A DNA stretch of 64,000 bases from an uncultured virus (IMG/VR IMGVR_UViG_3300042861_002400) (lineage: Duplodnaviria > Heunggongvirae > Uroviricota > Caudoviricetes). Positions within the stretch are counted from its first letter, which is position 1; every line of letters starts with the position of its first letter. Below the pieces are notes generated by a model. That model was not told where the DNA came from, did not search any database, and was given only the letters and a program-made list of their open reading frames with translations. The DNA lies in the IMG/VR virus record IMGVR_UViG_3300042861_002400, one strand, 5' to 3'. This document shows, piece by piece, positions 48,957 through 58,624 of this stretch. The position numbers and the translations under genes are program-made.

Positions 48957-50254
48957 GATTTTTCCTTTAGAAGCCGAGCCCGCTCGCGCTCCATGGTTTT
49001 GTTGACGATGGTTTCAGATTTAGCTTCGACAGGCCCCAGCAGATCCTTAAGGATCTCGTCGGCCGCGGCGTCGCAGAATTCGATCCATTCGAACTCGCCG
49101 CCCCATTCGAGCTCGCGTTTTTCGATCTCGATGGCGACTTCGGCGATCAGAGTCCAGATGCCAGGGAACCCTTCGATCCCCTCTTTGGAATTTTCATAGG
49201 CTTTCTGGTAGCGCTTGTCCGAGTGGACGTTCGCGCTGATCGCCGCTGCGGTCGTGCAGGCTGAGAGAAGGTCTGGTTTCATGGAACCTCCACTTCGTTG
49301 ACTTTTTTCAATAGAGCCAGCTCCTTAGCCACCCAGCAATCGCAGCGGCGCTCGTCTTCAACGGGCCCGCTAGTTTCCGAACGACACTTGCACTCATCTG
49401 CGTGAGCGCGGTACTTACAGTTGTGCTCGAGATTTTTTACTAACTCCTGGAAGTGGTTGTAGCAATGAATCAGCAGTGCTTGATCAAAGCGCCATCGTTT
49501 TCCTTCACTGGCATCCATGCGGCAGACGTAGACTCCACCACGTTTAGTTCCGACCATTCCTGCGGGTAGCGCCTCCAGCGGACCACGATCGGCGCAGCGG
49601 AATGTTTCATCGAGTGATAGCTTCATGTCTCCCCCAGTGCGGTTTCAGCGCGCATCAGCGCGACAGACAGATCGGTGTTGATCGGACCTTTCGCGTTGAC
49701 GTCGCCGGCCACCCGGCGCAGTTCTTCCAACGCCGCGCGCACGCGGTCAGGCCCGGTGTCAAACAGCAGAGCGGCCTGCTCCTGACCACGGTTGTTGGCT
49801 TCCCGAACCATGTCATCGTAGTGAAAGTTGTTGATATCCTTGTCCGCGATCGCCAGCGCCGTGATCCAGGCGCTCGTGAAGGCGATGCGCGCGGTCTCGA
49901 GCTTGGTGAGTCCCCCGTATTGCTCGGATATGTGGTCTACGCCCTCGTAAGTGCGCTGATGAACGTAAAAGGGCTGCGCAGGTTCTTCGTGGTTCTTCAT
50001 GTGATAATCTCCCTTGTGTAAATAGTAAATCCATATTCGCCGAGTTTGTAGAACATGTGGTTGATCGCATCTGCGACACGTTCAGTGGCCGTCCACTCCG
50101 CATTATAGCTGTGGAGTTTTCGGGTTGGGTAGCTATTGACTCGCCAGTACAGGACGACTCCGCAGTCAAACCAGAATTCGCCGGTCGCGTTCAGGATCTC
50201 TTCTTTCGTTCCACAGAACGCTTCGCCGTCCTTCACGGCGCAGTAGTCAGTCAT
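48953..50254 (-). CDS. four small early genes (48953-49282, 49279-49626, 49623-50000, 49997-50254)
   Basis: Chain of ATGA-overlapping ORFs; the first is preceded by a GAAGGAGA SD. Confidence 0.6.
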
Positions 50255-50260
50255 TGGTTT

Positions 50261-50323
50261 TCTCCTTCAAGTTAAAGTGTCAAAGCGTCGGTAGTTGTTG
50301 AGATCTACCGACGCTTTGTAATT
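50261..50323. repeat. 63-bp hairpin-containing direct repeat, copy A
   Basis: 56/63 identical to 51277-51339; 14-bp stem CAAAGCGTCGGTAG/CTACCGACGCTTTG; includes the SD of the downstream gene. Confidence 0.9.
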
Positions 50324-50340
50324 GTTATTTCGAACGCCTC

Positions 50341-50686
50341 TCCGTCGCTTTGCATTGCGAGGCGCCGCTCTGCCCTTGCTTGGTGTTGCACGGCCTAGCC
50401 TTGCCATTGCTTCGCTGCTCGACTCACCGCCACGCAACGCCGTCGCTCAGCGGTTCAGTGTCGTGCCCAGCTGCGCCGTCGCTTAGCGATGCTGTACCGC
50501 ACCTAGCTTCGCCATCGCTTAGCATTACCGTACGCTGCTCTGCCCTGCCGTTGCTCTGCACCGGTGTGCTACGCATAGCCCCGCCACCGCGACGCTACGC
50601 TGTGCCCTGCTATGCCACCGCGACGCTACGCTGTACTGCGCCATGCCGTTGCACTGCGCTGTGTAGCTACGCTTAGCCCCGCCGCA
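50341..50686 (-). ncRNA. 5-nt-periodic non-coding array (candidate guide-RNA array, VIPR-like)
   Basis: Ten 31/36-nt units of NNNGGC + 5-6 x NNNGC directly after the RAMP gene stop; 44 of 56 pentamers end in GC; the periodicity is incompatible with codons. Confidence 0.75.
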
Positions 50687-50687
50687 G

Positions 50688-51272
50688 CTAAGTCAGCTCT
50701 TCCCACGTAAAACGGCCCTTGCCGCTGTTTCGCCACTGCCCCAGTCCCCGCAGGCGGCCGTAGTTTAGCCATTCGCGAATCGGAACAAACAGCGCCTTCT
50801 GCAAGACCTCGAGATCGAACTCGAAAATCGTGCCGACGGGCGCTGTTTCCGATCGGCATACGCTTACCCGCGGTCCCTGCGCCGTCTCCGCGCGCAACGG
50901 GCGTTCGCAAACGCCAAGTGACTTGCCTTCCGGGATTACCATCCGGATGAAGCGCGGCGCCGGAAAGATCAGCCCGTCGATGACCGTCTTGTAGGCCTTG
51001 AGCCCCGCCGAGGCCGTGTCCGGGACCTTGCGCAGGGCGCCACAGGCATCCTTGAAGAACCCTTTAATCTGGTAGTCGTAGACGCCAGCGGCCCCGTCAG
51101 GGTCCTTGTGGAAGACCGTGGTGCCGTTCTCCTCGATGTTCTCTGCCCGGGCCAGTTCATCCTTGGCGGGATCTCCGTCAGGCTTCTTGCTGGCAATGTA
51201 GGCTGAGAACACTTCGGGATTGGCCGCCTTGGTGCCCAGCATCTCTTCAGTCAACGTGATTCGTATTTTCAT
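50688..51272 (-). CDS. stand-alone Cas7/RAMP-like protein, 194 aa
   Basis: N-terminal strand KIRITLTEEMLG, YQIKGFFKDA helix, RSE...FEFDL strand and C-terminal Gly-rich loop YGRLRGLGQWRNSGKGRF, typical of RAMP/RRM proteins. No other cas genes are nearby. Confidence 0.8.
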   Translation of the reverse strand: MKIRITLTEEMLGTKAANPEVFSAYIASKKPDGDPAKDELARAENIEENGTTVFHKDPDGAAGVYDYQIKGFFKDACGALRKVPDTASAGLKAYKTVIDGLIFPAPRFIRMVIPEGKSLGVCERPLRAETAQGPRVSVCRSETAPVGTIFEFDLEVLQKALFVPIREWLNYGRLRGLGQWRNSGKGRFTWEELT

Positions 51273-51276
51273 AGTC

Positions 51277-51339
51277 TCTCCTTCAAATTAAAGTGTCAAA
51301 GTGTCGGTAGATGGTTAGAACTACCGACACTTTGTAATT
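51277..51339. repeat. 63-bp hairpin-containing direct repeat, copy B
   Basis: Stem CAAAGTGTCGGTAG/CTACCGACACTTTG with a compensatory change relative to copy A; includes the SD of the RAMP gene. Confidence 0.9.
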
Positions 51340-51530
51340 CAGGGTGTCAGATTGAGTTTGCGATTGATGTAATCTAGGCGATAGGCTTGGGCGCGAGCCT
51401 CTATCGGAAACGCCGCGACGATGCCCCGCTCGTTGTCCAGAACGATCCACCAGAGGTTAGGTAGCGTCTGTGTGAAGCGGCTTGCGGGCATCGCAGAGAC
51501 TGTCTTGAGCCATTGTTCGAGTGTCTTCAT
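51339..51530 (-). CDS. hypothetical protein, 63 aa
   Basis: GGGAG SD; ATGA overlap. Confidence 0.55.
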   Translation of the reverse strand: MKTLEQWLKTVSAMPASRFTQTLPNLWWIVLDNERGIVAAFPIEARAQAYRLDYINRKLNLTP

Positions 51531-52288
51531 GACACTCCCGCCAGCGTTCCCTTCTCGTCGTAGATCTTCTGGAAATCTTCCAGCGTACGACCCTTGGGGT
51601 CGAAGTGAATGTCACGCTCGATGTGCATGCCTGCGATCGCCAGTTTGGTCTCCTGCAGCTCTTTTAAGCTGACAGTACCTTGCTCGCAACAGTCGAGCCC
51701 CAGGTCGGCCAGGCACCACAAGGTGTCGTTGTCAGTGTCCATTCCGGAGATGATCCAAGTCGCGGCGCCGCAGGGGTTGAAGAATTTGCAAATCGCTTTC
51801 TGACCGCAGTGGCCGGCTTCGCGCAATTCATCGCGCAATTTTTGCGTGATCAGCTCTTTGACAGGTTCCGGAGGCGCTTCCAGGGGCGGGCCGTACATCT
51901 TCCCGCCTTTCTCGCCGACGATCGCGATCACGCGAGTGGTCTCCTTTTTGAGGAAGGCCTCCGCGAGTTCGCCGACGACGGGATCCATCGTGGTCGCCCA
52001 GGCATCCAGCTTCTTCTGCTGGAACGATTTCACCTGCTCCAGCATGACGTAGACGCCGCTGTCGTTGCCCAGCAGCACATAGGATTCCATGCCGCCGTTT
52101 CGAGCGACGCGGGTCAAATCAACCCGGTAGCCGCGGGGATTCATCGCTCCGCTGGCCCAGCTGCGTCCGCCCATGACATAAATCACCTCGACCTTGATAT
52201 GAGTGTCCTTGTGAGGACCCGCCTGCTCGGCAGGAATGGGGTGATAGTATTTCCAGCGGCGGTGATGCGTGTCTTGGGTTAGGTGCAT
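51527..52288 (-). CDS. two-domain protein with C-terminal DUF2958
   Basis: KFFNPCGAATW...LADLG...EQGTVSLKEL...IERDIHF is the DUF2958 signature; start moved to MHLTQ. Confidence 0.75.
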   Translation of the reverse strand: MHLTQDTHHRRWKYYHPIPAEQAGPHKDTHIKVEVIYVMGGRSWASGAMNPRGYRVDLTRVARNGGMESYVLLGNDSGVYVMLEQVKSFQQKKLDAWATTMDPVVGELAEAFLKKETTRVIAIVGEKGGKMYGPPLEAPPEPVKELITQKLRDELREAGHCGQKAICKFFNPCGAATWIISGMDTDNDTLWCLADLGLDCCEQGTVSLKELQETKLAIAGMHIERDIHFDPKGRTLEDFQKIYDEKGTLAGVS

Positions 52289-55200
52289 TTGCGTTTCCTT
52301 GGTTTCTTGAGGTTGATGTATCCGATGAGCTGGTATTCGTCTTCCCATGAGGCCTGGCACTCAGGGTTCTGGCAGCTGATAACCTGGTAGGCGTTGAGCC
52401 CATTGACTTTAATAGTGCCGCCTTCGATATCGGCGCCACCGCACTGCGGGCAGCCGGCTGGCGCTTTGGCGGCAGCATACTGCTTCGATGTGAGTTTCGG
52501 TTTCACCGTTTCTTTCCTTTCACTTGGAATTTCCGGAACACGGGGCCGACGCGGTCGAACTGATCCGTCTTTAAGTAGCCCCGCATATGCCCGACATGGT
52601 TAGCTATCCACCGCTTCGAACTCTTGTCTGCGGCCTGTAAAGACATCACCTCTCCGACGGACATCGCTTCAAACAAGAAGCCCGCCTCGTCGGACACGAT
52701 AATGTCATTAGGTTGCACATCGCCCCAAGTCTTGATCTTCGCGGCGACATTGCGCCATTGGGTTTTCATGTTGCCTTCCTTTGCTTGTACGGCACGACCT
52801 TGATAATATTCTCTTCGGTCGCAATAGCTGGGGTGCCGTGGGCGCCGCCCATATTCAGCACCCAGCCCGCTGGTCCCTTCATGACAGCGCGGCCTGTGCT
52901 CTGCTGTCCGAACCGGTTGACGATGGTGACGCGGTCGCCGGGTCTGATGAACTGGGTGACGTTACTCACCGCAGGCCTCAGCCATAGCCTGGTCCTTGTC
53001 AGGACACCCGAATCTAGCTCGTGTGTAGCGAAAACCGCTACGCGGCCACCGGTTCTCCTGTGATACCACGTACCAGAAGTCACCATCTTTCACAAGGTAG
53101 GTCCAGTCACCAGCCGAACTCGATTGTTCCACAACTTCTGTTTCAGTGAGATTCATCCGCTCCATGACGTCAGCTAAGCAGCCGGCGCCTGCATTCGGGA
53201 CTTCGATTGTTCTTCCGTTACAGAATTCGGTGTAGGCCTGGTTGTCATCGATGAATCCACCATGACTATCGTAAATAGGCCCACCACCACGAACTCGGGT
53301 TCGAATCCCTGTGACTTCGTCTGCAATTATATCACTCATAGTCCAGGTCCCGCTCCTTTCGATGTGAGGTCGTCCGTGGCGACCCAGCTTCGTGGACACG
53401 CCATATAGAAGCCAGTGCCTTCAGGGCTGCTCGTCGGGCGCAGCCACCGACAGATCCAGTCCTTCGGCAGCAACCACTCGTAATCGAAGATCGACTCGTA
53501 GAGGTCGCGCTTCTTCCCTCGTTTTTTCACAGCGTCATCAACCCAGCAACTCACTGTAGCGAACAGAACTGGTTCCGTCTTGCCCTGGAGATCCTTGGCG
53601 AGGGCTCTCTTGGCGATGCGTTGGTAACGGGTCATGACTCTCCTTTCAGCATCATGCGAAGATGCTCGATAGCGACTTTGATCTCGCCTTCCGAGGGCGT
53701 TCGCCCATCGCAGGTCGATATGCAGTGCTCGAGAACGGATTTCGCGAGTACTGCGTGGCCCTGCGATTGGTCGATCTTAAAGGGACATCTGGGCCCGGGA
53801 GTACCCCGCCCACGGTGCATGGTTTTAACCGAGCAGCATAAGACTGCACGGTCATTATCGCCCACCCAATAAGCGAAAGCACAGCCTGAGCAAAATTGGG
53901 CTTCAACAGGCCCTTGGACGAGTAGAAGCTGTTTCATGACACTCTCCCTGTTGCTTTCATGGCCCTGACGGCCGGCCAGGCGCTGTTCTTCCTGCGCCGT
54001 TTATATTCCTTGGGGTCAAACTCGAAGACCCGGCCATACTTGTCTCTCGTGACACCGTCCCGGCCGAGTCTGATGTTGATGGGGTTGTAGCAGCCCATGG
54101 AGCCTCTTATCCGTTGATTTCCGATTGAAGATTAGTGTACCGTCCTTCAACGACTACGAGCAATGCATGACTTAATACCCAGTGCTCATAAGTTGAACAG
54201 CGCTGACGACCCGATATGCGTAGGCGTTCATTCACAGATTGCATGTAAGCACTCGTGGCGTCCTCGCCAATACCATGCATTGTCATGATCGATGAAGGAT
54301 CTTCATCCCAGCATTCGGGTGCGACAAAGAAGGTATAGGTTTTCACTTTATATCTCCATGTATGCCCGCTTCCGGGTTATCGTGCATCAGGCACAGATGA
54401 GCTTCGCGTCCGCATTCGCACTCGATTGGAGTCTTCGGCGCCTTCGGTTTCTTCACCTTCGGCTGGGGCAGATCACTCCTGAACATCGGGCGCGCCATAT
54501 CATGAGCCTTGGCACTAAAGAAGTAGCCCTGATCGCGAGCATCCTTGCTCCCGCCCTTATACTCCATCGGCCTGCCCAGGACGTCCCAGCATGCCTTGTG
54601 GTAGACGTCAGGCTTCTCGCCTTGATCAAGGATTCCCAGGCCGCTCAGATGGCCGTAGCCATCGTAGGTGCCCTGCAGAATGCTTCCTTCTTCAGTGATG
54701 GCGACGCCTTCGATCATCCAGGCGTTCGTTGGACTGAAGCTGTTATGCAGCAGCGGATGCCCGCAGCCGCGGCAGTTGTATGAGAAAAAGCCCATGGTAT
54801 TAACGCCTCCTTCTTCTATTCCACCGGGTTCTGATTTTCAGTTTGTAACCGATCTGCTCGAGCTCCTTCTGGAGCGCGGCGTATTCGTTGGGCTGCGCGG
54901 GCACCGTAGGCGACTCCCACTGAGTGCCTTCGCCTCGGACGAGCCCGTAGTAATCCGCCGCTGCATGCTGCCCTACGTGCATGTAGGAGCTGCACATGTG
55001 ATCTTCTTCCATGATCTCGGGAAACAAAGCGATGATGTCGCCGCCGTCCCGGAACTTTCGGAAGATGACGAGGGTTTCTTCGGTGTTGGTCATGGGTTCT
55101 TCTCCATCCATTCCTTGAGGGTGCTGACCACTCGGGATTTCATGATGATGCAATTCTTCTCGTCTTCATAATCGAAGACGTAGTATGCGCCGTCGCCGGC

Positions 55201-55724
55201 TTTCTCGACTTCGGCGCGGATTCGGCGACTGCCGCCATCCGTGACCTTGATCGACAAACCGTTGCCGCCCATTCGTGTTCTGACATGGAATCGTTTGTGT
55301 TCGTAGCCTTCGAAGACTTCGATCTCGGCAGGGTCGGTGATGACTTTCTCGGACGTATTGGCGCATTGCCAGTTTGGTTTGGTGTACGGCTTGCCCTCTT
55401 TATCCAAAGCTGGAGAGGACCAGCTGGCACCGGGATTTCCCAGGTTCACGGACTTCCAGACGGCGACACCGCCGCGGTTCTTAATCCAGTCGGCGAACTT
55501 CGGGGCGTTTTCAATTGAGCATTCGTGTTTCATGATTATCTCCTGAATTGATCAAGTTCGCGCTCGAGCAGGACGATTGTTTCATTTTCGATACAGCAGT
55601 TACGCTTCGCTTCTTCTTCGGAAGATAGCTTCCACGCGCGTCTCAGATCTGGCGTGTAGCTGTGTTCGGAACCCGGAACACTGACGTAAACTCCGGTATC
55701 GTTTCGTTTAATGATATATGTCAT
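52279..55724 (-). CDS. run of small early genes (52279-52506, 52503-52769, 52766-52969, 52962-53339, 53336-53635, 53632-53937, 54107-54346, 54343-54795, 54800-55093, 55090-55533, 55536-55724)
   Basis: Near-continuous chain of coupled ORFs, several with CxxC motifs; no function recognised. Confidence 0.6.
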
Positions 55725-55767
55725 TCGTTGTTCCTTTATCGCATACACATTTCGTATCTTATAAATC

Positions 55768-55809
55768 GAAAAACCGGCAGGCTGCTCATTAAGCGCACAG
55801 CCTGCCGGT
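55768..55809 (-). terminator. terminator-like hairpin
   Basis: 12-bp stem ACCGGCAGGCTG/CAGCCTGCCGGT followed by TTTT on the - strand. Confidence 0.7.
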
Positions 55810-55839
55810 CTCACCCCAGTAATTGAGGCAAGTTTTTAT

Positions 55840-57477
55840 TTAGTCCCAACGATCCAACACCACGCGACTCGAGGCGCCCTTGGCGTCCCAGACGCGCAGC
55901 GTTACGCCCCACTCGCTGTCTTTGAAGAGGGCGTATCCCGCGATTGCCAGCGGATCGTCCATATCTTCAAACGGCGTCGACTTGGAATGCGCTTCGATCA
56001 CCGAACGAATCCCATGCAGTTCGCTCTTCAGGATCTCGGGGAATAACGCATTACTGTTATTCCCGTTACGGCGCTTATCGTTCGCGCCATCCAGGATCAG
56101 GATGATACCTTGACCCATCGGATCCTTCGACCGCATCATTTCGTCAAAGAACCAGCTCGACGGCTTGTCAATCAGGCAGTTCACAGCTACCCAGGTCGAG
56201 GCGGTCAAGTCGAACTCGGCCGCCGTCGACCCGTTATGGTAAACATACCAGGCCACCGGATTCCGGCGATCTTCCCTGTCCCACTTGATGATCGGCGGGG
56301 CTTCCGGATCCACTGCGGTCGTGAGTGCGATGTAATTGCCGCGATGTGGGGCATAGAGTTCGATGTGTGCAGCTCCCGGGAGAACGGTCTCCTTGAACTT
56401 CACCCATGTCATCTTGACCGGCGGGAGTGCTATTGGCTCCGTCTTCTTCTGGTTCTGCTTACGCAGATGCCCGAAGACTTCATCGTTGACCTTCTCCGTC
56501 TCCGCGGGCACCCGTGGCCGCCATAGGGCTTCCAGGATGTCGCTCATGCGCGCCCAACGGCGGCGCAACGACTGGACAATCCCCAGCTTCTTGACGGCGT
56601 CCTCGGCCTGCTTGATGGTGCCCTCATCGGGAGCCGCCTGGGGCCGCTGATACTGCAGGGGATGGATCTTCTCATTGAATTTCCGTTTAACGGTTTCAAA
56701 GGGAAGCCCTGCCTCGATATCCTCGAGCAGCGTACCAATGACCGACGTCCTGGGATGGCAGAAGCCAGCCGGCGCCATCGCCACCGCTCGCCACAGCAGG
56801 TTCGCGCGAACGCGATTGTCCTTGGTGGCCTGGCGTGCCTCCTGGAGGTCGCGCAGCCACTTGGCGGGCGCCATGAACTTCTCGCTGCGGCTCAGGACGT
56901 CGGCGTCCAGTATCCGGACGAGCTCGTTCAGATTGTCGAGCGAGAATTCCTGCAGAGCGGTAATCATCTGCAGGTAATCCTGCTTCTTCTCGGCCATCAT
57001 CTGCTCAGCATCCTTCAGGCGCCCACGATAGAGATTCGCGTGCGGCAGCCTGACCGAGAAATGATGCCAGGGACCCGTCTCCGGAGTCCCCAGCATCTGC
57101 TGGGAGCTCAGGAAGACTCCGATCACCTTGGCCTTCCGGACAGCTTCCCAAAGCGCCTCGATTGGCTTACCGTAGAGGGGGTGGACTGACGCCAATCTCG
57201 GCCAGATAGCCGGGATGACGTTGCCGTCGGATTCGATCAACACCAGATCGCCAAAGCGTTCGATGAAATGGCAGCAGGTGTTGCACGTGTGGTGCTGACG
57301 CTGCTCGGGCGTTCCGAATGCAGAGAGATAAATCTCCCAGAGATTCTTGGCATCCGTGTGGTAGAGTGGAGCGCCGCCAACGACGAGATGTTGAAACCGC
57401 GTCTGCATGCCACGTAGCAAGGGGTCATAATCATCGTTGTTCGGGATCTGTCCGGAGGGCGTGATACTGGTTGTCAT
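55840..57477 (-). CDS. hypothetical protein, 545 aa, with His/Cys motif
   Basis: Long ORF with an AAGGAG SD; motifs HHTCNTCCHF, WHHF and FCHPR suggest metal binding. Confidence 0.75.
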   Translation of the reverse strand: MTTSITPSGQIPNNDDYDPLLRGMQTRFQHLVVGGAPLYHTDAKNLWEIYLSAFGTPEQRQHHTCNTCCHFIERFGDLVLIESDGNVIPAIWPRLASVHPLYGKPIEALWEAVRKAKVIGVFLSSQQMLGTPETGPWHHFSVRLPHANLYRGRLKDAEQMMAEKKQDYLQMITALQEFSLDNLNELVRILDADVLSRSEKFMAPAKWLRDLQEARQATKDNRVRANLLWRAVAMAPAGFCHPRTSVIGTLLEDIEAGLPFETVKRKFNEKIHPLQYQRPQAAPDEGTIKQAEDAVKKLGIVQSLRRRWARMSDILEALWRPRVPAETEKVNDEVFGHLRKQNQKKTEPIALPPVKMTWVKFKETVLPGAAHIELYAPHRGNYIALTTAVDPEAPPIIKWDREDRRNPVAWYVYHNGSTAAEFDLTASTWVAVNCLIDKPSSWFFDEMMRSKDPMGQGIILILDGANDKRRNGNNSNALFPEILKSELHGIRSVIEAHSKSTPFEDMDDPLAIAGYALFKDSEWGVTLRVWDAKGASSRVVLDRWD

Positions 57478-58488
57478 GGTACTCCTTGTTGTGTCAGTGT
57501 TGTTTCAATCATATCTAACTGTCGGTCGATCCATTTAGCCCCGCGCCGGCACATCCTGCGATGTACTCGACTCTTGGGAGCATTGGGCTCCGGATGGCAA
57601 GTTGGCTGAATATAGGCTGTCATGAAGGCCAGTTCGAGTTCGAGTCTCTGGAGTTCATCCAAGGCCTGTGGCACTGCCACGAGTGCGCGGGTGCGCAGTT
57701 CGTGGACGCGCTGCAGCCTGGCATTATTACGGACTCTATTTTTCATGGTCCCTCAAGAATTCGAATCAGGTACATGCCGTGCCCATCGGCAGGCGTGTTC
57801 ATTTCGTCGTTCAGGGCTTCGACAATCTTCTCATCGTAAGCCAGAGCGAATGCATCGCCGGAGATCAGCAAGAACTGGACGTCGTCGCGCAGTTCACCGA
57901 TTTCAGCAATAACACCGCGATTCGCCATCCAGATGATGTCGCCTTTCTTCAATTCGCCCGCCGTTCTGCGAGGATCGAGCGGGGTCATGGTAGCGATGCG
58001 CGTGATTTCAGGGACGGGGATCGGCCGACGTACAGGGCTTCTGAAAGATTCTGCGAGCAGGCCAGTAGTGCTGGGATGTATGGGCTCCCAGGCACCCTGC
58101 ACGAAGATGCTGTCGCCCGCGTGAGTAAGCTCAGTGGGTTCAAGGAGTCTGTGGGTCATGGCGTTTTCTCCTTCAAAGGTGGCGGCAGTTCGCTGTGATA
58201 CTCCTTGAGCTCGTCCTTGGTGGCGATGATCTTGATGACTTTGAGATAAAAGATCTGATCGATCTCAGGCGTCGGTTCGTACTCGGTTCCGCAAGGAATG
58301 ACTGGAATAACACCGTTGTAATTGCCGGGCTTCCCATTGGTGTCTAGGAAGCCACTGTAGAACAATGCTCGATGGATGGGGTTGTTCGCATTGTAGGCAA
58401 CCTCGACAAGGTACATCGTTTGAGCTGTCCAATCTTCAACCGGCGGGATGACGTTATTGCGGCCCTGGTAATGGTTGTGGCGGGTCAT
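57474..58488 (-). CDS. three hypothetical genes (57474-57746, 57743-58159, 58156-58488)
   Basis: ATGA-coupled chain. Confidence 0.6.
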
Positions 58489-58523
58489 GACGATTCTCCG
58501 TTTGCGTTTTCATAACAAAGAAA

Positions 58524-58612
58524 TTAGTAAAGTCCCACCGCAGCTCCGAAGAGCTCCGGTTATGCACTCATCGTGGACGAGGCACAACCCTGGGACCACA
58601 GGTTGTGACTAA
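58524..58612 (-). ncRNA. candidate structured intergenic RNA
   Basis: Nested stems with G-U pairs valid only on the - strand and a C(UUCG)G tetraloop. Confidence 0.45.
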
Positions 58613-58624
58613 CGGTAGCCGCCC

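Noticed and set aside
50341..50686. Array as a canonical CRISPR array, or as the protein ORFs 50350-50676 (+) and 50626-50910 (-)
   Set aside because: There are no identical 25-40-nt repeats with unique spacers. The 5-nt period and 31-nt units break codon phase, and the + ORF is antisense to all neighbours with low-complexity Cys/Ala/Pro content.
58532..58596. HDV-like or hammerhead ribozyme assignment
   Set aside because: GUCCCA/UGGGAC and a UUCG-capped stem resemble HDV P2/P4, but I could not build P1/P3/P1.1 and the J4/2 adenines are absent. There is no CUGANGA/GAAA hammerhead core. Kept only as an unassigned structured RNA.
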